Positions 27,854 through 38,219 are shown, counted from the first letter of the stretch. The stretch: DNA of 64,000 nt from Dehalococcoidia bacterium (GCA_050250415.1 JBFWOO010000001.1:84096-148095); one strand, 5' to 3'. Numbers and translations: made by a program. Notes: a model not told the origin generated them from the letters alone.

Positions 27854-30559
27854 TCATAGGGTCACCGGGTTCGGACGCTCGGGGTCGATGCCCAGCCGCT
27901 GGCCGGCGTCGAGCACCACACTCACCGGGATCTGCTCGTCGCGCGCGAGGCCGGAAAGAGCGGCGAACGCGATGTGCTTCGCGTCCACCTCGAAGAAGTC
28001 ACGGAGCACCTCGCGGGTGTCGGAACGGCCGAAGCCGTCTGTCCCCAGCGAGATCGTGCGTGCGTCGATCCACTTCGAGAGGGCGTCCGGGAGCGCCTTG
28101 AGGTAATCCGTGGCGGCGACCACGAGGCTGGGCTGCGGGCCGAGCTGCTCGGCGACAAAGGGCACGCGCGGCTCCACCTCCGGGTGCAGCCAGTTCCAGC
28201 GGTCGACCTCGATCGCATCGCGCCGCAGCTCGTTCCACGAGGTGACGGACCACGCGTCCGAGGCGACCCCGAACTGGTCGGCGAGCAGCTCCTGCGCCTC
28301 GAGCACCTCGTTCATGATCGCGCCGGAGCCGAGGAGGTTGACGCGCGGGCCACCCTCCTGCCCCTCCGGGGCGAGCGAGCGGAAGCGGTACATCCCGCGC
28401 ACGATGTGGTCGCGGACGTGCTCGCCCTCGGGCATTGGCGGCTGCACGTAGTTCTCGTTGCCGACGGTGAGGTAGTACATCCGCTCGGAGCCCTCGACGA
28501 ACATCTCGCGGATGCCGGCTTCGACGATCACCGCGAGCTCGAAGGCGAACGCCGGGTCGTAGGTGCGCATCGTCGGCACGGTGGAGGCGAGGACGTGCGA
28601 GTGGCCGTCCTGGTGCTGGAGACCCTCGCCGTTGAGGGTCGTCCTCCCCGCGGTCCCGCCGACGAGGAAGCCGCGCGTGCGCGCGTCCGCCGCGGCCCAG
28701 ACGAAGTCGCCCACGCGCTGCATCCCGAACATCGAGTAGAAGATGAAGAACGGGACCGTCGTGATCCCCGCCGTCGCCGCCGAGGTCCCCGCGGCCACGA
28801 ACGAGGAGATCGACCCCGCCTCGGTGATGCCTTCCTCGATGACTTGGCCGCTCTTCGACTCGTGGTAGTAGAGCAGGTTCTCGCGGTCGACCGGCTCGTA
28901 GAGCTGGCCACGCGACGAGTAGATCCCGAACGTCCGGAAGAACGACTCCATGCCGAAGGTGCGCGCCTCGTCCGGGACGATCGGCACCACGTGCTTCCCG
29001 ATCGCCTCGTCGCGCATGAGCGCCGCGAGGATGCGCACGAGCACCATCGTCGTGGATGCCTCGCGGTCGCCGGAGCCGTCAAGGAACTCCTCGAACGGCG
29101 CCGGGCTCGGGGCGGGGAGCGTGGCGTTGCGGACCCGCCGCTGCGGCAACGATCCGCCGAGGGCGCGCCGGCGCTCCTTCAGGTAGACGCCCTCCACGGA
29201 GTCCGCGGCCGGCCGATAGAGGGGGGCGTTCGCGACCTCCTCGTCGGAAAGCGGGATCTTGAAGCGGTCACGGAAGCTGATCAGCTCCTGCGTGTTGAGG
29301 TGCTTCTGCTGGTGGGTGATGTTGCGGCCCTCGCCGGCCTCGCCCAGGCCGTACCCCTTGATGGTGCGCGCGAGGATCACCGTCGGCATCCCGCGGCTCT
29401 CGGTGGCGAGCCGGTAGGCCGCGTACACCTTCTCCGTGTCGTGGCCGCCGAGGCGCATCCGCCAGAGGCGGTCGTCCGGGATGTCCTTCACCATGCGCTC
29501 GAGGCGCGGGTCGACGCCCCAGAAATGCTCGCGGATGTAGGCGCCGCCCGCGACCGAGTACTTCTGGTACTCGCCGTCGACGACCTCGCCCATCCGCCGC
29601 GCCAGCAGGTCGCCGTGCTCGGACGCGAGGTAGGGATCCCAGTCGTTGCCCCAGATCACCTTGATGACGTTCCAGCCGACGCCGCGGAACACGGCTTCGA
29701 GCTCCTGGATGATCTGGCCGTTGCCGCGCACCGGTCCGTCCAGACGCTGCAGGTTGCAGTTCACGACGAAGATGAGGTTGTCGAGCCGCTCCCGCGCCGC
29801 GAGCGAGATCGACCCCAGCGCCTCCGGCTCGTCCGTCTCACCGTCGCCGAGGAAGCACCAGACCTTCTGGCCGTCCTCGATGAGGCCGCGATGCTCGAGG
29901 TACTTCAGGAAGCGCGCCTGGTAGATCGCCATGAGCGGCCCGAGACCCATCGAGACGGTGGGGAACTGCCAGAAGTCCGGCATGAGCCACGGGTGCGGGT
30001 ACGAGGACAGCCCACCGCCCTCCGCGAACTCGCGTCGGAAATTGTGGAGCTCCTTCGGCGCCAGCCGGCCTTCGAGGTACGCGCGGGAATAGATGCCGGG
30101 GGAGGCGTGCCCCTGGAAGTAGACGAGGTCACCGCCCGAGGGATCGTCGGGGCCGCGAAAGAAGTGGTTGAAGCCCACCTCGTAGAGCGTCGCGGCCGAG
30201 GCGTACGTCGAGATGTGGCCGCCGATGCCGGGGAAGCGGTCGTTCGCCTCCGAGACCATCGCGAGGGCGTTCCAGCGGATGATGCTCTTGATGCGGTCTT
30301 CGACCTCGAGCGTGCCGGGGTACGGCGGCTGGAGGTCGGTCGGGATCGTATTGACGTACGGCGTGCGCGACGTGACCGGCAGCGGCACGCCCATGCGCTG
30401 GGCGGCGATCTGCAGCGCTTCGAGGAGGCTCGATGCGCGCTCGGGACCGCGGCTGCGGGTCACATCACGGAGCGCGTCCACCCACTCCTGGGTGTCAACC
30501 CAGTCCGGCGCATCCGGAGACGGCAGCGCAGCAGGCTCGCGAGCATCGCGCGTGGTCAT
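27854..30559 (-). CDS. aceE: Pyruvate dehydrogenase E1, homodimeric type
   Basis: GGHISTYAS; FQGHASPG; GDGETDEPE; GEGLQHQD. Confidence 0.96.
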   Translation of the reverse strand: MTTRDAREPAALPSPDAPDWVDTQEWVDALRDVTRSRGPERASSLLEALQIAAQRMGVPLPVTSRTPYVNTIPTDLQPPYPGTLEVEDRIKSIIRWNALAMVSEANDRFPGIGGHISTYASAATLYEVGFNHFFRGPDDPSGGDLVYFQGHASPGIYSRAYLEGRLAPKELHNFRREFAEGGGLSSYPHPWLMPDFWQFPTVSMGLGPLMAIYQARFLKYLEHRGLIEDGQKVWCFLGDGETDEPEALGSISLAARERLDNLIFVVNCNLQRLDGPVRGNGQIIQELEAVFRGVGWNVIKVIWGNDWDPYLASEHGDLLARRMGEVVDGEYQKYSVAGGAYIREHFWGVDPRLERMVKDIPDDRLWRMRLGGHDTEKVYAAYRLATESRGMPTVILARTIKGYGLGEAGEGRNITHQQKHLNTQELISFRDRFKIPLSDEEVANAPLYRPAADSVEGVYLKERRRALGGSLPQRRVRNATLPAPSPAPFEEFLDGSGDREASTTMVLVRILAALMRDEAIGKHVVPIVPDEARTFGMESFFRTFGIYSSRGQLYEPVDRENLLYYHESKSGQVIEEGITEAGSISSFVAAGTSAATAGITTVPFFIFYSMFGMQRVGDFVWAAADARTRGFLVGGTAGRTTLNGEGLQHQDGHSHVLASTVPTMRTYDPAFAFELAVIVEAGIREMFVEGSERMYYLTVGNENYVQPPMPEGEHVRDHIVRGMYRFRSLAPEGQEGGPRVNLLGSGAIMNEVLEAQELLADQFGVASDAWSVTSWNELRRDAIEVDRWNWLHPEVEPRVPFVAEQLGPQPSLVVAATDYLKALPDALSKWIDARTISLGTDGFGRSDTREVLRDFFEVDAKHIAFAALSGLARDEQIPVSVVLDAGQRLGIDPERPNPVTL

Positions 30560-30683
30560 GCCGTCAGTGTAGACCGCGGACTGTGAACCCCGTGTGAGCC
30601 GATGACGTCCGGACGCCCCCGTCAGTCCCAGTGCCGCCCGGGGCCGACGGGGGCGCCGTCACGCCCGCCTGGGAGGGCTTGCC

Positions 30684-32369
30684 TTACGAGAGGAAGTACT
30701 TGCGCGACAGCGTGAAGGACTCCAGCGGCTCGCAGGCCAGCTTCTGCCCGTCCGCCCAGACCTCGCCGCTGACGGGGTCGATCTGGAGGTCGGGACTCGC
30801 CTCGTTGAACATGAGGTCCTTCTTGCCGATCCCGCGGCAGCCCTTCACCGGCAAGAACTCGCGGTTCGACTTGATCTGGTCCTTGACCCGCGCCTCCACT
30901 GCCGCCTCGGAGACGAAGTTCACGGCGAGGCGGTCGATCGCCTTGCCCGTGCCGCCCCACATCGGGCCGTAGGTGACCGGCTCGGCATAGCGCATCGTCG
31001 CGTTGCCGTCGCCGCGCGGGGACCAGGCAACCTGTCCGCCCTTGTAGACCGCCTCCGGCTTTGCGCCGAAGAACCGCGGATCCCACAGCACGATGTCCGC
31101 GAGCTTCCCCGGCTCGAGGCTACCGACGTAGTGGTGGATGCCGTGCGTCCGCGCCGGGTTGATCGTGATCTTCGCGAGGTACTGGAGCACCCGGCGGTTG
31201 TCGTCCTCGCCACGCGCCTCCGTGCCGAGGGCGATCGCACGCTCCTTGTTCGCGTGCGCGAGCTGCCACGTCCGGCGGATCGTCTCCTGGATGCGGCCCA
31301 TCCCCTGCGAGTCCGAGTTGATGACCGGGATCGCGCCGAGGTCGTGGAGCAGCGTCTCCGCCTCCATCGACGTGCTCCGGATGCGGAGCCGGATCGCCTC
31401 GGCGTTCTCCTCCAGCGCCACGTTCTGGCCGTGCGCGATCGTCATCATGTCGATGTGCTCGCGCGCCGCGCCCACCCCGTAGGGGAGCGTCGGGTTCGTC
31501 GACGAGCCGATGATGTTGTCGCGCGTGGTCATCAGCAGCGCGTCCGGCGTGTGGCCGCCGCCGGCGCCTTCCACGTGGTACGCGTGCAGCGTCCGCCCCG
31601 CGATCGCGTCGATGGTGTCGACGGCCTGGACGGCCTCGTTCAGGCCGTCCGTGTGCAGGCAGACAGAGACATCGAACTCGTCAGCGACCTTCAGGGTCGC
31701 GTCGATGATCGGGCCGTAGGCGCCCATGTCCTCGTGGATCTTGTAGCCGCAGGCGCCGAACGCGAGGTACTCGTCCATCGCCTCTGGCACGTGCGAGGAG
31801 GCGCGGGCCTGCAGGCCGACGTTGAGCGGGAACTCCTCCATCGCCGCGAGCGGGATCTGCAGGTTCATCGCTGGCTGGTGCTGGAGCCCGCCGCCGATGA
31901 GCGTGGTGACGCCGCCGTCGAGTGCGGACGGGATCAGGCGCGGCGTCACGAAGTGGACGTGCGTGTCGATCGCGCCCGGCGTCGCGATCAGGTGCCCGGC
32001 GGGGACGATGTTCGTGCCCGGCCCGATCAGCGCGTCGATATTGTCAGCGATGTCGGGGTTCCCAGCGTTGCCGATCGCGACGATGCGGTTGCCCTTGATG
32101 CCGATGGATCCCTTGAAGATGCCAAGGACGGGGTCGACGATCATCGCCCCGATCAGGATCGTGTCGAGCTCGCTCTCCCCGACCCGGCGGCCACGGATCA
32201 TCATCCCCTGGCGGAAGTTCTTGCCCCACCCGGAGACGACCTCGTCGCCATACTCCGCGTAGTCCTTCTCCAGGCGGATCACGAGCGAGGTGTCACCGAG
32301 CCGGACGCGGTCCCCCGTCGTTGGCCCGTGGACGAGCGCGTACTGCTGGCGTGAGATCTGTTGAGGCAC
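30684..32369 (-). CDS. ureC: Urease alpha-subunit-like amidohydrolase (divergent)
   Basis: GPTTGDRVRLGDT; DTHVHF; KIHED; HTD; HVEGAGGGH; SDSQ; INPA. Confidence 0.85.
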   Translation of the reverse strand: MPQQISRQQYALVHGPTTGDRVRLGDTSLVIRLEKDYAEYGDEVVSGWGKNFRQGMMIRGRRVGESELDTILIGAMIVDPVLGIFKGSIGIKGNRIVAIGNAGNPDIADNIDALIGPGTNIVPAGHLIATPGAIDTHVHFVTPRLIPSALDGGVTTLIGGGLQHQPAMNLQIPLAAMEEFPLNVGLQARASSHVPEAMDEYLAFGACGYKIHEDMGAYGPIIDATLKVADEFDVSVCLHTDGLNEAVQAVDTIDAIAGRTLHAYHVEGAGGGHTPDALLMTTRDNIIGSSTNPTLPYGVGAAREHIDMMTIAHGQNVALEENAEAIRLRIRSTSMEAETLLHDLGAIPVINSDSQGMGRIQETIRRTWQLAHANKERAIALGTEARGEDDNRRVLQYLAKITINPARTHGIHHYVGSLEPGKLADIVLWDPRFFGAKPEAVYKGGQVAWSPRGDGNATMRYAEPVTYGPMWGGTGKAIDRLAVNFVSEAAVEARVKDQIKSNREFLPVKGCRGIGKKDLMFNEASPDLQIDPVSGEVWADGQKLACEPLESFTLSRKYFLS

Positions 32370-32372
32370 GGA

Positions 32373-33002
32373 TTACGCCTCTCCTGCCGCCGGCGGCGGC
32401 ACCATCTGGAAGCCTTCGATGACCTGGCTGCCGGCGTACGGCACGAGGTCCACGGACTTCGTCTCGCCTGGCTCCCAGATGACGGAGCGGCCGGCCTGGA
32501 TGTCCAGGTGCCGCCCGTACGCGGCCTTCCGGTCGAACTCCATGCGCGGGTTCACCTCGTAGAAGTGGTAGTGCGACGAGATGTTCACCACGTGGTCCGA
32601 GCCGTTCGTGACCGCGACCGTCACGACATCCCGGCCGTCGTTGACGACGATCGGCGCGTCGAGCAGGAATCGCTCGCCCGGCGCGCCCTCCGGCTCCTCG
32701 CCGGGGATCGGGTTCGCCAGGACGATGATGCGCGGGCCGTCTTCGAACATCGGCTCACACACCAGCCCGCGCGCGAGCGTTGGCACGCCCGGCATGACGT
32801 CTGCCGGCGTCAGGACGCTCAGGCCATAGGCGCGCACCGTCTCGTAGTCGGCGCCCTCGCGTGCCTTCTCCATCATCTCGTCGGTGATGAGGGCCACCGC
32901 CTCCGGGTAATTGAGCTTCAGCCCCTTCTCCCGGCGGCGGCGCGCCATCTGCGCGACGTTGAACACCAGTACGCGATCCAGCTCCGTCTGCGACAGCTTC
33001 AC
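32373..33002 (-). CDS. ureAB: Fused urease gamma-beta subunit
   Basis: GLKLNYPEAVALI (gamma) plus SHYHFYEVN...LDI.AG...EPG (beta). Confidence 0.88.
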   Translation of the reverse strand: MKLSQTELDRVLVFNVAQMARRRREKGLKLNYPEAVALITDEMMEKAREGADYETVRAYGLSVLTPADVMPGVPTLARGLVCEPMFEDGPRIIVLANPIPGEEPEGAPGERFLLDAPIVVNDGRDVVTVAVTNGSDHVVNISSHYHFYEVNPRMEFDRKAAYGRHLDIQAGRSVIWEPGETKSVDLVPYAGSQVIEGFQMVPPPAAGEA

Positions 33003-33059
33003 CGGCCACGCTCCATCTCGTTCACCTCTCCGCTCGTCCTCGCTCCGTGCGCCCGCCAG

Positions 33060-34475
33060 CTACGCGCCGACGGCGGTGGCCTTCAGCACTGGCGGCGTCG
33101 GGTCGAACGCCGCCCGGGCCTCGAGGAACTCGGCGATCGCGAGCAGGCGGTAGTCCTGGAACGCCGGCGCGGCGACCTGGAACCCGATCGGCAGTCCGCC
33201 CGAGGTGAGCCCCACGGGGATCGAGACGGCGGGGGTACCGGTCTGGTTGAACGGCGACGTGTTGCGGATCAGCGGCATCGTCGCAGCCATGCCCAGGCTC
33301 GGGAGGTCCTCGATCTTCTGGGGCGGGACCGGCACGGTCGGCATCACCAGGACGTCGACGTGCTCGAACGCCTCGCGGATCGTCTCCTGGACCAGCCGCC
33401 GCGCACGGATTGCACGGATGTAGTCCTGCGCCAGCACGTACTGCCCGGCCAGGATGCGCCCGCGGAGGTCCGGCGAGTAGAGGTCGCCGTGCTCCCGCAG
33501 CATCTCCTCGTGGTAGACGTAGGCCTCGGCGGCCATCGCGGCGCGAGCGGCGGCCATCAGCTGCGTGAGGTCGAAGTCCATCGTCCGCACGGTCGCCCCG
33601 GCCGACGCCATGAACGCGACCATCTCGCGACAGCGCGCCTCCACGTCAGGGTCGAGGTCGGTCCAGAAGTACGGCTCGGGCACGCCCACGCGGAGGCCGG
33701 CGAGGGAGGAGACCGGCGTCGCCGGTTCCGGCACGCGCGGCGTCGAGTTCGGGTCGGTCGGGTCGTAGCCTGCTATCACCTCGAGCATCAGACGCGCGTC
33801 CGCGATCGAGCGCGTGTGCGGGCCGATGTGGTCCGTGTGCTGGGTGGTCGTCGGCATCCCCCCTGCGAGCGAGACGACGCCGTGGGTCTGCTTCAGGCCG
33901 ACCACGCCACAGCACATCGAGGGGATGCGGACGGAGCCGGCGGAGTCAGTGCCGAGCGCCGCCGCGCACACCTGGAGGGCGACGGCGGCCGCCGACGCGC
34001 CGCTCGAGCCGCCCGGGTGGTGTTCCGGGTTCCACGGGTTGCGGACGGCGCCGTAGTGCGCGTTGGCGGAGGTCCCGCCCATCGCCATCTCGTGCATGTT
34101 CAGCTTGCCGAAGAACACGGCGCCCGCCGCGCGGAGGCGTGCGACGACGGTCGCATCCTGCGTCGGGACGCGGTCCTTCATCACGAGCGTCGCGGCGCTC
34201 CCGGGCAGGCCGGCGATGTCGACGTTGTCCTTCACGCCGATCGGGACGCCGTGCAGCGGGCCGAGCGGCTGGCCGGCGGCCCGGGCTGCGTCGGCGGCCC
34301 GCGCCATCTCGCGCGCGAGCTCCGGGGCGTAGGTGGTGAACAGTGCGTGCGACTTCGCGAAGCGCTCCGCCTGCTCGAGCGTCGCCTCGGTGACCTCGAC
34401 GGAGGTCAGTTCGCCCGCGGCGATCTTGTCGCGGACGTCCACCAGGCTGAGGGCGCGGATCTCATCGGGGGTCAC
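33060..34475 (-). CDS. Amidase-signature enzyme (GatA/AtzE-like)
   Basis: GVKD; GGSSGAS; GTDSAGSVRIP. Confidence 0.92.
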   Translation of the reverse strand: MTPDEIRALSLVDVRDKIAAGELTSVEVTEATLEQAERFAKSHALFTTYAPELAREMARAADAARAAGQPLGPLHGVPIGVKDNVDIAGLPGSAATLVMKDRVPTQDATVVARLRAAGAVFFGKLNMHEMAMGGTSANAHYGAVRNPWNPEHHPGGSSGASAAAVALQVCAAALGTDSAGSVRIPSMCCGVVGLKQTHGVVSLAGGMPTTTQHTDHIGPHTRSIADARLMLEVIAGYDPTDPNSTPRVPEPATPVSSLAGLRVGVPEPYFWTDLDPDVEARCREMVAFMASAGATVRTMDFDLTQLMAAARAAMAAEAYVYHEEMLREHGDLYSPDLRGRILAGQYVLAQDYIRAIRARRLVQETIREAFEHVDVLVMPTVPVPPQKIEDLPSLGMAATMPLIRNTSPFNQTGTPAVSIPVGLTSGGLPIGFQVAAPAFQDYRLLAIAEFLEARAAFDPTPPVLKATAVGA

Positions 34476-34654
34476 TTTCGCCCTCCTGCCACGGCCACGA
34501 GGCCGTTCGAGGTCTCGGCGACGGGCAGCGAGCGCAGGACGGGCAGTCCCTCCAGGTAGAGGTTCACGAACGGCAGCATCTCGTCCAGTCGCTCGTCCGA
34601 GTACTTGTTGCCGACCAGCAACTGGTCGAGGGCGCGCAGCGCCTCGCGGTCCAT
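34472..34654 (-). CDS. 60-aa GatC/AtzG-like amidase partner
   Basis: MDREALRAL...; GTGA-coupled to the amidase; partner role inferred from size and position. Confidence 0.55.
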   Translation of the reverse strand: MDREALRALDQLLVGNKYSDERLDEMLPFVNLYLEGLPVLRSLPVAETSNGLVAVAGGRK

Positions 34655-34937
34655 GGGAACCCCTTCACGCGATGCAGGTGGTGATGCCGGCACCGTACGG
34701 ACGCGGCATTGCGCCGCCGTGACGCGTCGATGAACGCGGCATGGCGTTTGTGTCTGCGCGGGGTCAGCATGGGATTGCGCGGCGGCGTCTGCCCGCACCC
34801 GATGCGCCGCGGTCGTACGTCGCACCGCAACTTCGGCGCAGTGCGCGAGGTAGCGGAGCGCCACGCCGGCGTAATGGCGAAGGAGTAGGGTGTCCCCGAT
34901 CGGCACGACGCCCGATGACCGCGAGGAGGTGCGCACC

Positions 34938-36329
34938 ATGGTCGACATGCAGATCCAGCCGCAGACGGACACCGTCGAGGACTACATCCGCCGCGGGCGC
35001 GAGCACCTCTGGATCCACACCCAGTCGTTCGACGAGCTCGATCAGGACGACGCCTACCTCGTGGTCGAGGGCGGGCAGGGCGTCTACCTCAACGACCTCC
35101 ACGGCCGCCGCTACATCGACGCGATGTCCGGCCTGTGGGTCGTCGCCGCGGGGCACGGCCGCACGGAACTGGCGGAGGTCGCCCGCGACCAGATGGAGAA
35201 GCTCGCCTTCGCCAACCCGTTCGCCTACGCCACCCAGCCCGCCGTGGACCTCGCGACGAAGCTCGCGGAGGTCACGCCGGCGGGCATCACGCGCTCCTTC
35301 TTCGTGAACGGCGGCGCCGAGGCGGTCGAGACCGCGATCCGCATGGCGAAGCAGTGGCAGTACAACCGCGGCGAGACGAAGCGCTTCAAGGTGCTCTCCC
35401 GTATCGGCTCGTACCACGGCATGACCTACGCCGCGCTCTCCGTGAACAACGCGAAGGGGATGAACAAGACCCCGTTCGAGCCGCTGATGCCGGGGGCCGT
35501 GAAGTTCCCCGGCGTGAGCTGCGAGCCCTGCGCGCAGGCCCGGCCCCACGAGGACTGCGCGTCGCTCCGTGGCCTCGACTACCTCGAGACGCTGATCGAG
35601 TCGGAGCGCCCGGACACCATCGCTGCGCTGATCACGGAGCCGATCTCGACGTCCAGCGGGTCGTTCATGCCGCACCCCGACTACTGGCCGCGCCTCCGCG
35701 CGATCTGCGACCGGCACGGCATCGTGCTCATCGCTGACGAGGTGATCAACGGCTTCGGCCGGACGGGGACCTGGTTCGCGATGGAGCACTTCGGCGTCAC
35801 GCCAGACCTGATGACCGTCGCGAAGCAGATCTCCTCCGGCTACGCCCCGATCGCCGCCGTCCTCGCGAGCGAGAAGATCTCGGAGGGCTTCCGGGGCGAC
35901 GCCAGCAAGGCGTTCATCGGCGGCTCCACGTTCGGCGCCCACCCGGTGTCCTGCGCCGTCGCGCTCCGCAACCTCGAGATCCTCCAGCGCGAGCACCTCG
36001 TCGAGAACTCGGCGAAGGTCGGCGACTACATGAAGCAGCAGCTGCAGGAGATGCAGTCGCGGCACAAGATCGTGTCCAGCGTCCGCGGCATCGGCCTGAT
36101 GCAGGTCATCGACCTGAAGCGGGATCCCGAGGCCGGCAAGGAGTTCACGCTGGACGACGACCTCTCCCACCTCGTCCCGCGCTTCCTCCGTGAGCACGGC
36201 CTCCTCTCCCGCGGCGGTGCGTCGATCCAGGTCGCTCCGCCGCTGGTCATCAACCGCGAGGAGGTCGACGAGCTCGTCGACGCCCTCGACCAGACGGTGA
36301 GCGACATCGAGCGCCACTTCTCGATCTAG
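34938..36329 (+). CDS. Class III PLP aminotransferase
   Basis: SYHGMT; LIADEVINGFGRTG; TVAKQISSGY; AGGAGG RBS. Confidence 0.92.
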   Translation: MVDMQIQPQTDTVEDYIRRGREHLWIHTQSFDELDQDDAYLVVEGGQGVYLNDLHGRRYIDAMSGLWVVAAGHGRTELAEVARDQMEKLAFANPFAYATQPAVDLATKLAEVTPAGITRSFFVNGGAEAVETAIRMAKQWQYNRGETKRFKVLSRIGSYHGMTYAALSVNNAKGMNKTPFEPLMPGAVKFPGVSCEPCAQARPHEDCASLRGLDYLETLIESERPDTIAALITEPISTSSGSFMPHPDYWPRLRAICDRHGIVLIADEVINGFGRTGTWFAMEHFGVTPDLMTVAKQISSGYAPIAAVLASEKISEGFRGDASKAFIGGSTFGAHPVSCAVALRNLEILQREHLVENSAKVGDYMKQQLQEMQSRHKIVSSVRGIGLMQVIDLKRDPEAGKEFTLDDDLSHLVPRFLREHGLLSRGGASIQVAPPLVINREEVDELVDALDQTVSDIERHFSI

Positions 36330-36344
36330 CAGCGAGCCGACCGC

Positions 36345-36375
36345 CCGGTTGCGCCTCTGCGCGGGGCGCAACCGG
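36345..36375 (+). terminator. GC hairpin after the aminotransferase
   Basis: CCGGTTGCGCC...GGCGCAACCGG; no U-tract. Confidence 0.45.
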
Positions 36376-36470
36376 TGCGAGAACGAGACGACACGCGCCG
36401 GACACGGCGGCGTCACTGGCCCGACACGGCGCCTGCGTAGCCTCCCCTTCGCACCGGAAAGGGGGCGCGC

Positions 36471-38168
36471 ATGACCACTGAGAAGCCGAAGATCGCGGTC
36501 TTCTCCGGCCCAACGGCCACGATCCAGAACAGTCCGCCGCTCATCACGAGCAACAAGGCGAGGGCCGCCCACGGCCTGCCACTGCTGACCGATCCGTTCG
36601 GTGGCGCGTTGAAGCAGGACGCCGTCCGCGCCCAGCGCCTCGCTGCCCCCGTGACGGTCTACATCGACTACCTCTCGGCACACCCCCTCGAGGAGGACGC
36701 GGCCGAGATGTACGCGCCGCCGGATGGCTACCTGCTCGCGGATGGCTCCTTCTCGGAGAGCGCGAGCGAGGGCGCGCGTCCGGTCTACCGGGTCACGCTG
36801 GAGCCCTCCGACGGGCTCTTCATGCTTCCGTACATGGCGCGGCAGGCGGACGGGAAGCCGTGGGACGAGGCGTGCCGCTTCCCGCTTGCACCATCCGACC
36901 AGTCCCGCCAGACGTTCTACCCGGATGCCTCCCGCATCTACGAGGAGATCGACCGCTTCGGCCTGAACTCGAACGGCGAGGCGAACCTGCTTTCCTCGAT
37001 GGCGGACTTCGACTTCTATCGCCCGGCCCCCTCCGGCGGCTGGCGGAAGGGGCGCCCGGCCGCGCTGCGGACCGACACGGGCAACGGCGACCTCGCGCCG
37101 GAGACCTGGGGCGAGGACTTCTTCATGTACTACCCGCGCCATCTGCGCGCGGAGCCGTACGCCCAGCAGCTCGCGAAGGCCACGAACGTCGTCGCGAAGG
37201 CGATGGCCACGGGCGAGTACCTCGGCGGCCAGTGGCTGGAGGGCTCCCCCACCACCGAGGAGTCGATGTACTGGCTGAACCTGCTCATCGACACGAAGCA
37301 GCCGCTGGTGGGCCACTCCGCCCAGCGTCCGCACCAGACGGTGAGCGCGGACGGCGACAAGAACATCTACGACGGGGTGAAGTACATCACCTCGAAGATC
37401 TGGATGAACGGCGGCGCCGCGGACATCGTCGGCGGCGTGATGATCGTGGACGAGCAGGTCTTCCACTCCCGCGAGGTCACGAAGACCGACGCTCGTCCCG
37501 GGAACTACCAGGCGACCGGCGGCCACGGCGGCATCGTCGCGCTGATGGGCGGCTACGCCGCGCCGCAGCTGACCTACGTGCCCTCGAAGAAGCACACCTG
37601 GTCGTCTGAGGTGAACCTCTCGAAGCTGCCCGCCTCCGTTCAGGGCGTCCGCGGCGGCGAGGGAACGATCCAGCAGGTCACCGTCCAGGTGAAGGACGGC
37701 AGCGGCTACCTCGTCCCCGAGGCGATGCCGAAGGTGACGCTTGCGAAGTACGCGCGTTACCAGCCGCACGGCGTGGAGCACACGGACGGGACGGACGTCG
37801 AGATCATGGCGCGCGTCCAGGAGAACCTGCACAACTACGCCCTCGCGGGCTTCGTGGGTGAGGGCGCGTCGCCCTACGGTTCCATGAACCGCACGACCGA
37901 CGACGCCCTGCGCTACGCGAGCTTCTGCGGCATGCCCGTCGTCCGCGTCGGCCGCGGCGCGACCGGCGGCATCGCGTCGAAGATCGACCCGACGGCGGTC
38001 GCCGGGAACAACCTCACGTCGACGAAGGCGCGCATGCTGCTGATGGCGTCGCTCCTGAAGTTCGGCGCGCCGCCGCCGGCGAAGGACCCGATGAGCCCCA
38101 CCCCGGACGAGGTGGCCGCGGTCTCCGCGAAGATCGCCCAGTACCAGGAGGTGTTCGACTCGCACTAG
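36471..38168 (+). CDS. Asparaginase/GatD-fold protein with atypical catalytic motifs
   Basis: IAVFSGPTATIQ; EGSPTTEES.YWL; AQRP...SADG..N; NL...KARMLLM. Confidence 0.7.
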   Translation: MTTEKPKIAVFSGPTATIQNSPPLITSNKARAAHGLPLLTDPFGGALKQDAVRAQRLAAPVTVYIDYLSAHPLEEDAAEMYAPPDGYLLADGSFSESASEGARPVYRVTLEPSDGLFMLPYMARQADGKPWDEACRFPLAPSDQSRQTFYPDASRIYEEIDRFGLNSNGEANLLSSMADFDFYRPAPSGGWRKGRPAALRTDTGNGDLAPETWGEDFFMYYPRHLRAEPYAQQLAKATNVVAKAMATGEYLGGQWLEGSPTTEESMYWLNLLIDTKQPLVGHSAQRPHQTVSADGDKNIYDGVKYITSKIWMNGGAADIVGGVMIVDEQVFHSREVTKTDARPGNYQATGGHGGIVALMGGYAAPQLTYVPSKKHTWSSEVNLSKLPASVQGVRGGEGTIQQVTVQVKDGSGYLVPEAMPKVTLAKYARYQPHGVEHTDGTDVEIMARVQENLHNYALAGFVGEGASPYGSMNRTTDDALRYASFCGMPVVRVGRGATGGIASKIDPTAVAGNNLTSTKARMLLMASLLKFGAPPPAKDPMSPTPDEVAAVSAKIAQYQEVFDSH

Positions 38169-38177
38169 CGGTCCGGA

Positions 38178-38193
38178 CGTTCCACGTGAAACG
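38178..38193. promoter_or_regulatory. parS-like ParB binding site (CGTTCCACGTGAAACG)
   Basis: 14-bp core matches the canonical parS core GTT(T/C)CACGTGAAAC; intergenic. Confidence 0.65.
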
Positions 38194-38219
38194 GCCCGGG
38201 CGTGAGCCCGGGCCGTTTC
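38188..38219. terminator. Hairpin between convergent genes
   Basis: GAAACGGCCCGGGC-GTGA-GCCCGGGCCGTTTC. Confidence 0.7.
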
